NCBI GenBank assembly: GCA_048939245.1
Contig: JBHLPR010000002.1
Span: 20,332-84,331 of the forward strand
DNA from: Promethearchaeota archaeon
GTDB lineage: Archaea; Asgardarchaeota; Hermodarchaeia; Hermodarchaeales; Hermodarchaeaceae
DNA: 64,000 nucleotides
Direction: 5' to 3'
A model generated the notes under the pieces. It made no database searches and had not been told where the DNA came from. It was given only the letters and a program-made list of their open reading frames with translations. Positions within the stretch are counted from its first letter, which is position 1. Every line of letters begins with the position of its first letter. The position numbers and the translations under genes are program-made. Positions 48,586 through 57,110 of the stretch are shown here, one piece after another.

Positions 48586-49128
48586 CTATGGTATTCGAAA
48601 ATTAAGACCTTGTTCCTCTAGTGCCTTTTTCAATATTCGTTGTCGTTCTTCGAAATTTCGGATTGCTTCACCCAGCATTGGCAGTAAATCCAAGTCCGCT
48701 CCCTTGAAAGTTCTGTTCAGGTTTTCGAAGGCAGGTATCATATCAGCACAAATTTGTTGAGCACCTACAGCTGCCATCAGCAACTCATTTCGCTGCTTTA
48801 CTGTTTTCGCTATTTCGCTTTCCGCTAGAAACCAATAAAACACACTTTTAGTGAGTTTAAACGCCCATAGAATGCCAAAGAATTGCCACATTTGAGCTGT
48901 GGGATCTTTCGGCATTTCTAGGAGTTGTTGAAGAATCTTCCCTACTTCCTTACGTGCTTCCTCAAATTGCTCCCTAGCTGCTTCGAATCGTCCATGCTTA
49001 GCTAATTCACTGCCCGTATTCATTATTTCAAAATAGCGTTTAGGCAACGCATGAATCATTTCCAAGGTACGTGCTTCTTCGATTCGTTCCCTATTATTAG
49101 TCGGTTCTTTTTCGGGCACGCCGCACAT
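48586..49128 (-). CDS. All-alpha (TPR-like) hypothetical protein, coupled to the longin gene
   Basis: GSELAKHGRFEAAREQFEEA TPR-like helix pair; start overlaps the upstream stop. Confidence 0.6.
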   Translation of the reverse strand: MCGVPEKEPTNNRERIEEARTLEMIHALPKRYFEIMNTGSELAKHGRFEAAREQFEEARKEVGKILQQLLEMPKDPTAQMWQFFGILWAFKLTKSVFYWFLAESEIAKTVKQRNELLMAAVGAQQICADMIPAFENLNRTFKGADLDLLPMLGEAIRNFEERQRILKKALEEQGLNFRIP

Positions 49129-50131
49129 ATCCCCCTTCTACTGCTAATTCTTTGAAAATGTTATAATCCTCCTTTGATAACCGTAGGAGGGTTGATGCTT
49201 CATCATCGGGAAGGGTTTCTGATTGTGCGAGAAGTTCAGCGACTTCATCAATCCGATTGCGCAATGTAAGAAAAGCCATTTCAGCGACTTTTCGGAGCTC
49301 AGCACCACTTTCCCCCAACACTTTTTCAGAATGGGCGACGGAATCGGCGATTTTCAAAGACCGACTTTCAAATCCCACCGGTAGCACGATATGCTCTTCG
49401 ACGAGTAAACATACATATACGAGTCCCATGGTTGCAGAATCCGCGAAGGTTTCTTCATAGGCTCGATTTGGTAGGCTAAGAATAAAGGACATATTCGCAG
49501 GGCGATCTTGCAGGACTTGAAGGGCAGCTCCTGCATCTTCAAAATACATCACTGGAATTCGCCGACGTCGCATAGTCTGAAGAGCCCGGATAACTGACTG
49601 GTTCCGTGTTTTTCGTCCCACTACCAGAATTGGTGCTCCTCGAAGAAGACCATAGAGGAGGATGTCCAATCCTGGTCCAAATCGTCGCCAAAGGCGAATG
49701 ATTGCAGGACGGAGATCCATTTCTTTTTTGGGTTTTTCAAAAGTTGGTAAATAATCTTGAACAACTTCTCTGGCAACGGGATTGAAATCTCGAAATGGAG
49801 CGACTTCTCCTGTCCAACTACGAAGCTCCTTTTGATATCGGTCAAGGAATAACGCGTTTAGAGTTTTTAATACAGCCATAATTGAAACGTCATCATCTTC
49901 TCGATCCGCAAGGGCTACACTTAGTACCGGGTCCGCTAGGTCCCATACAAATTGGAAATTACCCGTTTCAATCGTTGTTACATCATCTGCCAAAAGATCC
50001 TGGCCAAACATTCGGAGGGCTGATAGAAATCCCGAGACAAGTTCAGGGCTCACCTTCACTTCCATCGGTCCAAATCCGACAGACGTGAGAACTAGTCCAC
50101 TTTTGTGAAAATGATACAGTCGGTGTATCAT
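49097..50131 (-). CDS. Longin-domain protein with DENN/folliculin-like C-terminal region
   Basis: Longin: LYHFHKSGLVL, PELVSGFLSALRMF, LFLDRY..L..WTG...F.DF. Then LLYGLLRGAPILVVG...VIRALQTM alpha/beta lobe and a helical tail. Confidence 0.7.
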   Translation of the reverse strand: MIHRLYHFHKSGLVLTSVGFGPMEVKVSPELVSGFLSALRMFGQDLLADDVTTIETGNFQFVWDLADPVLSVALADREDDDVSIMAVLKTLNALFLDRYQKELRSWTGEVAPFRDFNPVAREVVQDYLPTFEKPKKEMDLRPAIIRLWRRFGPGLDILLYGLLRGAPILVVGRKTRNQSVIRALQTMRRRRIPVMYFEDAGAALQVLQDRPANMSFILSLPNRAYEETFADSATMGLVYVCLLVEEHIVLPVGFESRSLKIADSVAHSEKVLGESGAELRKVAEMAFLTLRNRIDEVAELLAQSETLPDDEASTLLRLSKEDYNIFKELAVEGGYVRRARKRTD

Positions 50132-50250
50132 AGCAAGCCCGTTTTGATGTTCACAAGTTCGTATAAATGGGTTTCCACTCGATTTCGAAAACTCTCAAGA
50201 ATCTGTTAAAGCCTGCATTCCATCTAGAAACAATCTGGTACTCGGATCTG

Positions 50251-51120
50251 CTAAAGTGAACGTTGCGTTCGACGTAACCAGAGTGCACGAACTAATAATG
50301 TAATAACCACAATTAGGATCACGGCTGCAATCACGGCGACAATGATGATGGGCCAAGGACTTGGTGCCGGAACTAAGGCGACAGTCGTATTTAGGACTTC
50401 ATAGTAATAAGTCAAGGATGTGGCAATGGAATCGATGGTAACTACGGTGGTCTCATTAGCCTGATAGTAAATTCCCACATCGTGATCAATAACGTAGGTG
50501 GTGTCAATTATTTGGTTTGGAGCTGTACTGCTGTTAAAGAGTCGGTAGCACAATTGTTCAGTACCGCTGGCTATTAACGTTGTGTGGGTCACGGTTTGCC
50601 AAAGGCTTCCTCCTATTATTTGGTTCGAACCAATTGTGATGGTGCTTAGAGTATTATCGTCGAGGAAGAATCCGGGGAGTCCTTGGGATGTCGGGTACTC
50701 TACTAATCCTGAACTGACGCCTGGGGGGGCTGGGGCTGGAACCGATCCATTTAATGTAATTGTCGTTTCCCATGTACTGTTTGATATCACGACGATGTTG
50801 CTGAAGATGGTGACCGAGAAGTTGTAAAACGCTTGGATATTCGGGCCACTTGGGATTAGATGTGAGACACGGATTGACAAATTCGTAACTTGATGCCAGT
50901 TCATTGTATAGTTGCTTTCTGCTAATGATAGAGTTGTCCAGTAAGCAATATCTGCCGCGGTCTGATTATGGAGTTGGCCTATGAATCCGTAGTCATAACT
51001 TGTCTGTTCGTTACTGGTGGGTGTATACGCCGTCGTCGGAGATATTTGGAGGGCGTGTATATTCAATCCACTGGCTAATATGAAAAGAATAATTGTGACA
51101 CTTACTTCATGGCGGGTCAT
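50251..51120 (-). CDS. Secreted Ser/Thr-rich protein with C-terminal TM anchor
   Basis: Signal peptide, sequons, YVIDHDVGIY, PAPSPWP followed by TM and basic tail. Confidence 0.7.
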   Translation of the reverse strand: MTRHEVSVTIILFILASGLNIHALQISPTTAYTPTSNEQTSYDYGFIGQLHNQTAADIAYWTTLSLAESNYTMNWHQVTNLSIRVSHLIPSGPNIQAFYNFSVTIFSNIVVISNSTWETTITLNGSVPAPAPPGVSSGLVEYPTSQGLPGFFLDDNTLSTITIGSNQIIGGSLWQTVTHTTLIASGTEQLCYRLFNSSTAPNQIIDTTYVIDHDVGIYYQANETTVVTIDSIATSLTYYYEVLNTTVALVPAPSPWPIIIVAVIAAVILIVVITLLVRALWLRRTQRSL

Positions 51121-51188
51121 TTGTACACAGAATCCTCATAAGGCGTTTTAGAATGTGACTTTTAAATTCCATCAATTTCTGATTGTGT

Positions 51189-52280
51189 TTATTTCTTTTT
51201 CAATTCCTCTTTGAAATAGGTCATTATATGCGAATAGATAACATCTACAGGGTTTTCCATCTGTTTCATTAGTTTTTGTGCTCGTTTACGGTGTTCTGCT
51301 TCGTATTTGGTGAGATTATGGAGAATCTCGATAGCTTTCTTGGCTGTGGCGTCGGGATTGGTTAGCCGGTATAATAGTTGTTTCTTCGCAAGGAATTGGT
51401 CCGTGATTAAATGATCTCCAGGAAAACAAGAAATAACAGGGACACCAAGTAGGCTGGCTTCCTGATTCATTGTACCTCCTGCGCCGACTACTAATTGAGC
51501 TGACGCGATAAGGCTTGTAGCATCGACAATTCCCTCTGGAAGAATTATGCTGTCTCCAAAAAGGTTTAGCATTGCTTGTCGTTGCTCTGAGTATCGGCAC
51601 AAAACAACCACGTGAAGTTCAGGATATTGTTCTTGGATTGCTTTGATTACTGGAATTGTAACTAGACTTAATTCGTTTATCCGTCCCTCCAAGTAGGATG
51701 CCTGAACTTCTTCTAAACGAACGACCACAAACTTTGAGTTAACATCTAATCCAAAATCAGATAGAGCCTTGGGGTTTGGAATGAAATCTTGTAACCAGGC
51801 TACAGGGTCGAGACCGTGATAAGGAATGATCTTCTGTTGAGAAAAATTCGATTTGACCCAAGCCTCTTCCATTATCCAAGGAGTGAAGAGTTTAATTGCG
51901 TAGGGAATGGTGAGTTGGGCAACGAATCGAGAATGGGGGGAATCATTGGCTGTGAAGAAAGGAATGCCTAATCCATAAGCTACTCGTGCACCTTCGGGAG
52001 ATGCGAAGCTGAATGCTAAATCGGGCTTGACTGAATTGATATATTTTGCCAACGCAACGACGCGTTCACCACTGGCTCGGAGTTTTTCATAACGATCTGC
52101 ACCGCCATGCTTTCCTATAATCTGAGCCTTTATCCCTAAAAGATCCAGTTTTTCTGTGACTTGGGAATATTCACGCGAGGTATAGACTACTTCAAATTTT
52201 GCAGCTTCAAATCGTTCACCGATTTCATTACAAAAAAGTGCTTGTTTGGGTGTTAAAGGATCAAACCAGATTCGCGTCAC
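51189..52280 (-). CDS. DUF354 family GT-B glycosyltransferase-like protein
   Basis: GTG start RIWFD.LTPKQ, IGKHGG, SPEGARVAYGLGIP, DSPH, GAGGTMNQEASLLGVP. Confidence 0.85.
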   Translation of the reverse strand: MTRIWFDPLTPKQALFCNEIGERFEAAKFEVVYTSREYSQVTEKLDLLGIKAQIIGKHGGADRYEKLRASGERVVALAKYINSVKPDLAFSFASPEGARVAYGLGIPFFTANDSPHSRFVAQLTIPYAIKLFTPWIMEEAWVKSNFSQQKIIPYHGLDPVAWLQDFIPNPKALSDFGLDVNSKFVVVRLEEVQASYLEGRINELSLVTIPVIKAIQEQYPELHVVVLCRYSEQRQAMLNLFGDSIILPEGIVDATSLIASAQLVVGAGGTMNQEASLLGVPVISCFPGDHLITDQFLAKKQLLYRLTNPDATAKKAIEILHNLTKYEAEHRKRAQKLMKQMENPVDVIYSHIMTYFKEELKKK

Positions 52281-52299
52281 AGTTCTTCGCTCCCACGCA

Positions 52300-52460
52300 T
52301 CATTTGTTCTCTTATGCAACCGTTCTCCGAAACCTACAAAAATCTTATGTGATTTTCTGTTCGGTTCCTGCCTCATCGACGGGCACCGATCCCAAATGGG
52401 ACCTGTCACCTCCCGCCTCAGGCCAGGCGTTTCGGGTCTCCGCGGAACTCGCGGCGACCA
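52300..52460 (-). ncRNA. Predicted TnpB omegaRNA (scaffold overlapping the tnpB 3' end) plus flanking guide
   Basis: GAGTTCCGCGGAGACCCGAAACGCCTG...GGCGGG...CCCGTCGATGAGGCAGG...GAGAACGG; guide predicted as flanking TTGCATAAGAGAACAAATGA. Boundaries approximate. Confidence 0.6.
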
Positions 52461-53770
52461 GCACCAAATTATAACTGGCATTCACGTCCCGATCCACCGT
52501 CAACCCGCAGCGCTCACAGCGAAAGACGCGCTCTGACAACGCTAACGCCTCCTTGAGGTGGCCACAGCCCGAACAAGTCTTGGAGGAGGGGAAAAACCGG
52601 GGAGCTACCACCAGCTCAGACCCATACCACAACGTCTTGTATTCGAGTTGGCGTCGAAACTCACCCCAACTCGCATCCGATACGGCTTGGGCGAGGTAGG
52701 GGTGCTTCCGCATGCCCGCTACATGGAGGTCTTCTAAGACGATGACTGACTTGGTTTTCGCCAGCCACGTTGTCGTCTTGTGCAGGACGTCTCGACGGAT
52801 ATTAGCCAGGCGCTTATGTAGCTTCTGGAGTCGACGTCGAGTCTTCGCCCAATTCCGACTTTTCCGCCGCTTCCGAGAAAGGCTTCGTTGCACGCGTTGG
52901 AGTTTCCGCTCATAGCGTTGTGAGGTCTGGGGATTGGCAACTGTGGTGCCATCTGACATCGTGGCCAATCGATGGAGGCCTACATCCACGCCAACTACCG
53001 GGCCCTCATTGTTGGGAACTGTGATTTCTTCGTGGACTTGAAGGGCGACGTACCAGCGACCTGCCTGTTCTGACACCGTGGCCGAAAGAATATGGACGCG
53101 ATCCGATTCGGCGGGCAGGTAGTCGTGTTCCTTCAGCCGGAGGCAGCCTAATCGGGGGAGTTGGATGCTATCTACGAAGACATGGATAGCCCCCGTTAAC
53201 CGGAAGGACCCGCTTCCCTGTTTCCGGGATTTGAACTGGGGGAACCCCCCAGGTTTTCCTTTCTTCTGTCGGCGAAAGAAGTGGGTGAAGGCCCGGTCCA
53301 GGTGTCGCAGGGCCTCTTGGGGCGCACACTTGGACACCTCGTACATCCATGGAAAGTCCCTCTGTTTGAGCTGGTTGAGTTCCCGGTGTAACTCCATGGC
53401 ACACAGTGACCGCCCGGTGCGGTGGTATTCTTCGAGTTTGCGGTGCAGTCCCCAGTTGTAGGCGAAGCGAGCACAACCGGCGTGTTGGCGACATCGCGTA
53501 CGCTGGCGGTTGTTGAGCTGGAGTTCGGTTTTGTAGCCGCGGAGGATAAGCATTCAGCACACCTTCAACTGCGCCTTTTGGGGGATGGAGCATTACTTCG
53601 GGGTTTGGATGGTGGCCTCTTTTAAGGCTGGGCGGCTCCCGTGGAAAAGTGAACATTTGGAAGCGCTTAGTGATTTTTCAGGCTTGTGTTATGCGGTTTA
53701 GGTCGGATCCGTGCTGGCTTTTTTAGATTCGTATTATATATTAACAGATTTTCCCAGATTTTCTCACACC
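52320..53770 (-). mobile_element. Non-autonomous IS607-type element (tnpB only)
   Basis: Visibly GC-richer than flanks; right end ...TTTTGTAGGTTTCGGAGAACGG; left end GG-TGTGAGAAAATCTGGGAAAATCTG; AAA(T/C)CT repeats 10 bp apart at both ends in opposite orientation; no tnpA ORF. Confidence 0.7.
52345..53553 (-). CDS. tnpB: RNA-guided endonuclease TnpB
   Basis: N-terminal GYKTEL..HAGCARFAYNWGL; RuvC-I GVDVG, RuvC-II LEDL, Zn finger CSGC..CERC, RuvC-III DRDVNA. Confidence 0.95.
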   Translation of the reverse strand: MLILRGYKTELQLNNRQRTRCRQHAGCARFAYNWGLHRKLEEYHRTGRSLCAMELHRELNQLKQRDFPWMYEVSKCAPQEALRHLDRAFTHFFRRQKKGKPGGFPQFKSRKQGSGSFRLTGAIHVFVDSIQLPRLGCLRLKEHDYLPAESDRVHILSATVSEQAGRWYVALQVHEEITVPNNEGPVVGVDVGLHRLATMSDGTTVANPQTSQRYERKLQRVQRSLSRKRRKSRNWAKTRRRLQKLHKRLANIRRDVLHKTTTWLAKTKSVIVLEDLHVAGMRKHPYLAQAVSDASWGEFRRQLEYKTLWYGSELVVAPRFFPSSKTCSGCGHLKEALALSERVFRCERCGLTVDRDVNASYNLVLVAASSAETRNAWPEAGGDRSHLGSVPVDEAGTEQKIT

Positions 53771-53868
53771 TAAATAACCCTCCCCTCTTCTTTTATTTGA
53801 TGGTTGTGCCTTTCATCATCTATTTGTATAGATTCTATCCTAACATGAACTAATGATGGGGGCTCATC

Positions 53869-54441
53869 ATGAACGATGAAGAACAACTTCGCCGATCGAT
53901 TGAGGAACACTTGGAAACTGCAGAAGAATTAATCCAACAAGGGCAACGACAACAAGCCTTCTTGGAATTTGAAAAAGCTGCTACTCAACTTGAAAGTGCA
54001 GAAAAATACGCGCAACTCGAACAACTCTGGGGGCATGCGGCCACTGGCTTTACTGCTGCACAGGCACCACTACAAGCAGGATACAGTTACTCGCGATTAG
54101 CGAGTCTCGAAATGAAAGCGAGACGTCAACAAGAAGCTCGTGACTCCTTTTTGGCTGCCGCCAACTCCTTTTTTGCCGTTCGTGAAAAAAATCAAGAAGT
54201 CTGGTTGTCGATTACTCAAGCCGTTGAAAAGGCCATAGATTTGTCCATCACTCTTGGGGAGATTTCCATGGCAATTGAGCTACTTTTTAAAAATGCAACT
54301 ATCCATCAACGCGAAACCGGATTTATACTCGATGCCATTAATAGTCTTGAACAAGCTCAACACCTCCTAGAGAAAGAACCCAATCATCCTCTCACTGCAG
54401 AAATTGCAGAAAAACTCCAAGAGCTTATTGATTATCAATGA
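53869..54441 (+). CDS. TPR-like protein resembling alpha-SNAP/Sec17 N-terminal repeats
   Basis: Repeats FEKAA, WGHAA..F, AG.SY..LA, EARDSFLAAANSF, VEKAIDL...G, DAINSLEQA. Confidence 0.6.
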   Translation: MNDEEQLRRSIEEHLETAEELIQQGQRQQAFLEFEKAATQLESAEKYAQLEQLWGHAATGFTAAQAPLQAGYSYSRLASLEMKARRQQEARDSFLAAANSFFAVREKNQEVWLSITQAVEKAIDLSITLGEISMAIELLFKNATIHQRETGFILDAINSLEQAQHLLEKEPNHPLTAEIAEKLQELIDYQ

Positions 54442-54726
54442 TGCTACTCTAAAACGTGTCATTATGGCACTTGTTGTGAAGGTCTGGATTAAATGAGACT
54501 TTACCAAAAATAGGGTGACTTCATCAATTGATGCTATTATATGGGAAACCGAATTTTTAAAGACACTGAAAATGTTTTTATGAAGTGGACCCTGAAGTGA
54601 CCTCGTCTCATTGTTGGCATTAGAGGTGGAAGTCGGATAGCAAATGCTGATATGGCAAAAGACCATAACTAATGAACCAAACCATGCAACAAAGAAGATT
54701 CATCCATTTTTGGTTCACCTTTTTTC

Positions 54727-54760
54727 AAAAAAAGAGGAGTGGTAGGGTTCTCACCCTACC
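54727..54760 (-). terminator. Terminator of the substrate-binding protein gene
   Basis: GGTAGGG-tgagaa-CCCTACC hairpin then CTCCTCTTTTTTT on the minus strand. Confidence 0.7.
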
Positions 54761-54772
54761 TTTCTTTATTAG

Positions 54773-56683
54773 CTATTTGCCTCTGCTGCGGAAGAAGTAG
54801 ACACCGGCAATGATTATGATTACCACCACTGCGATGCCAATTCCAACATAGAGGATTAGATTACCACCTAGTCCACATGGGGTTCGATCAGGATGTGTAA
54901 TCCCGAAATGCCAGTTTTCGTTGCGATCAAGTACTATATACTGACCTGGAATCCGAGAATTCCACTTGTAAGGACCAGATCCGGTCATCTCTTCGACAGT
55001 GCTGGGTACCCAATTAGTGAAGTTGAAGTGGGGCTCCCAGATGTGCTTAGGCAGGATGTAATTATTAGTCGCACGGGAGAACTCGAAATAGCCCTTTACA
55101 TTGGTGTAAATCTCAACCATATAGTCATCTGGTGTTTCTATACGATATATGTTCTCAACATATTCGCCTTCCTCATATGGACTATATTGCCAAATTGTTT
55201 CAAAGCTGTACGCTACGTCTTCTGAGGTGAGTGGTGTACCATCATGCCAAGTGATGTTCTCATAGAGGTAAAAGGTGAACTTTTGTCCGTCTAGGATATC
55301 ACCCGAAGCAGTGGTTTCTTCAATGGTCCAATTCCAAGCAATCAATGGTGATTTGTCCCAGGTATCCGGGTCAATCTCCCAAAGGCTATCGTATATCATG
55401 TCACAGACTTGATCAGTATATCCTGAATCGCTCATAAGTATATTAGTGGTATCCATTCCTTCTGAGAGCACGCTAAGATATTCTGTTGGGTAGCAGCCAA
55501 ATGGGCCACCTGCAGCTTCGTTCAAACGTATACTCACATGAGTCCAGGGGTTGTTACCCATTCGGTTGAGGCCACGCACATTGACATAACCCGTCCATCG
55601 ATCAGTACGATAACCGTTAATATAGACATCGTTGTAACATGTAACCATAGGCATATCACGGAGCAGAATCTCTGAACAATTCCAAGCCCACTCTCGTGCC
55701 TCCAAATATGTGGAGGCATTCATCATTGCTTCGACATTATAATCATATTCCGAGTTGTTATATCGGTAGAAGAAAAGGTTCGTTCCAGATTCACTCTGGA
55801 AATAGTCATAGAGTAGATCTGGTTCTCCTGGTGGATCAATGTTCCAACTGAAGCAACCAAGATTGAATTCACCACTTTCTAAAGCATCGATTAAGGCATC
55901 AAAGTTTACTTCAATCATTGAACCTCGTAGACCGCAAAGAGCCATGCCTGAAACCATGTGTAGTACTGCTTGAATTGCTGGGTCATAGCCTGCGGATGCC
56001 ATTAACTCAATATGACAGCCAGGATTTGCAGGGTTATAAGTTGCGCCACCGTCATCGATATCAACGCCTGCATCCCAAACACTGTTGTTGTTGGTGTCGA
56101 ATTCACGCCAGCCATCTCCATCCAAATCGCGGAATAAGGCTGCATCAAGTGATGCATTAGCACTGGCAATATCTTGGCTATAGAAGTGGGACGTGATTTG
56201 GTCCTCATAGGTCCACCGAGTTATTGGAATTGGAATAGCTCCATCCATAGGTTGAGCATATCCGCCGGTGGATGATTCACAAACGGCAAACTTGTCTAAC
56301 GCATACGCCATCGCAACACGATAGCCGGTTACGTTCGTGGGGAATCTTTGGCAATTAAGAGTAAATTGCCGGTAAATGATTCCAAGTTCTGAAGTCACTG
56401 AGACACCAGGTGTGGCTTCAAGATCTGGAACTGAGGTTGAGTAAACACGTTCATCGTAGGCATCGACGATGCCACTTTGTAAAGCGAGGATAGCTTGGGC
56501 GTAATCCTCTGATGGATAAACAACCCAGGTCCATCGGTCAATATAGCCGCCATGCGGGTCAAATCCTGAAGGGTATGTCCAATTAGCCCGGGCGGTCATA
56601 GTAGGTGATAAGTACGCTAACGAGAGAAAAAGGCCTACTAAGGCAAGAGACGTGATTATAGTCGCTTTTGTCATTTTTCCCAT
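54773..56683 (-). CDS. ABC peptide/nickel-type (family 5) substrate-binding protein with C-terminal TM anchor
   Basis: RVAMAYALDK, TWHDGTPLTSEDVAYS, ILPKHIW, GSGPYK; domain order circularly permuted; DLDGDG Ca-type loop. Confidence 0.88.
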   Translation of the reverse strand: MGKMTKATIITSLALVGLFLSLAYLSPTMTARANWTYPSGFDPHGGYIDRWTWVVYPSEDYAQAILALQSGIVDAYDERVYSTSVPDLEATPGVSVTSELGIIYRQFTLNCQRFPTNVTGYRVAMAYALDKFAVCESSTGGYAQPMDGAIPIPITRWTYEDQITSHFYSQDIASANASLDAALFRDLDGDGWREFDTNNNSVWDAGVDIDDGGATYNPANPGCHIELMASAGYDPAIQAVLHMVSGMALCGLRGSMIEVNFDALIDALESGEFNLGCFSWNIDPPGEPDLLYDYFQSESGTNLFFYRYNNSEYDYNVEAMMNASTYLEAREWAWNCSEILLRDMPMVTCYNDVYINGYRTDRWTGYVNVRGLNRMGNNPWTHVSIRLNEAAGGPFGCYPTEYLSVLSEGMDTTNILMSDSGYTDQVCDMIYDSLWEIDPDTWDKSPLIAWNWTIEETTASGDILDGQKFTFYLYENITWHDGTPLTSEDVAYSFETIWQYSPYEEGEYVENIYRIETPDDYMVEIYTNVKGYFEFSRATNNYILPKHIWEPHFNFTNWVPSTVEEMTGSGPYKWNSRIPGQYIVLDRNENWHFGITHPDRTPCGLGGNLILYVGIGIAVVVIIIIAGVYFFRSRGK

Positions 56684-56708
56684 TTTGTTTTTCCTTCCAT
56701 TCTGTTGA

Positions 56709-56910
56709 GCTAGGTTGGTTGAACCTAGCAATAAACGAATCGCATAACTATTGAAAACACTCGCAAAAAATGCGACATCTTTCTCAAAGATTACGAATTC
56801 TATCGCAAAATATAAGAACCATCATTTAAATAAACATCTAAACCGGCTAGCGCAAAAAATAACCGTTGCACGACTGAAAAGTGCAAAAAAAGAGACTGAG
56901 GATGCAATAT
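56709..56910 (-). promoter_or_regulatory. Array of YGCAA(A/T)A-like boxes around the TATA of the SBP gene; 5'UTR hairpin
   Basis: Boxes at 56740, 56761 (TCGCA-N5-TGCGA), 56803, 56850, 56881, 56902; TTTAAA about 56825; GCTAGGTT/AACCTAGC 56709-56729. Confidence 0.4.
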
Positions 56911-57110
56911 TTATGAACTGAGGTCTTATGATTCGTTTTCTTTGGCTTCTATCTCGTTGAGTTCTTCACTGAGAGTAGATGGAGTTGGTCGTTGACGTTT
57001 CAGTAATCGTGTAGAAAGTTCCAGAACTGCTAATCATTGTTGATGGTGGAATTTGGCTAGTGTACCGAAGCCCTACGCAACCAGACTTTCCGTGCCTGGC
57101 TATCCACGGA

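Noticed and set aside
52281-52481. N-terminal extension of the DUF354 ORF in the ORF track
   Set aside because: It runs through the IS right end and omegaRNA; family-like sequence begins at GTG 52280.
53168-53656. 162-aa minus ORF upstream of and overlapping tnpB as a possible tnpA
   Set aside because: No serine-recombinase (YARVS) or HUH motif; mostly an alternate frame of GC-rich tnpB.
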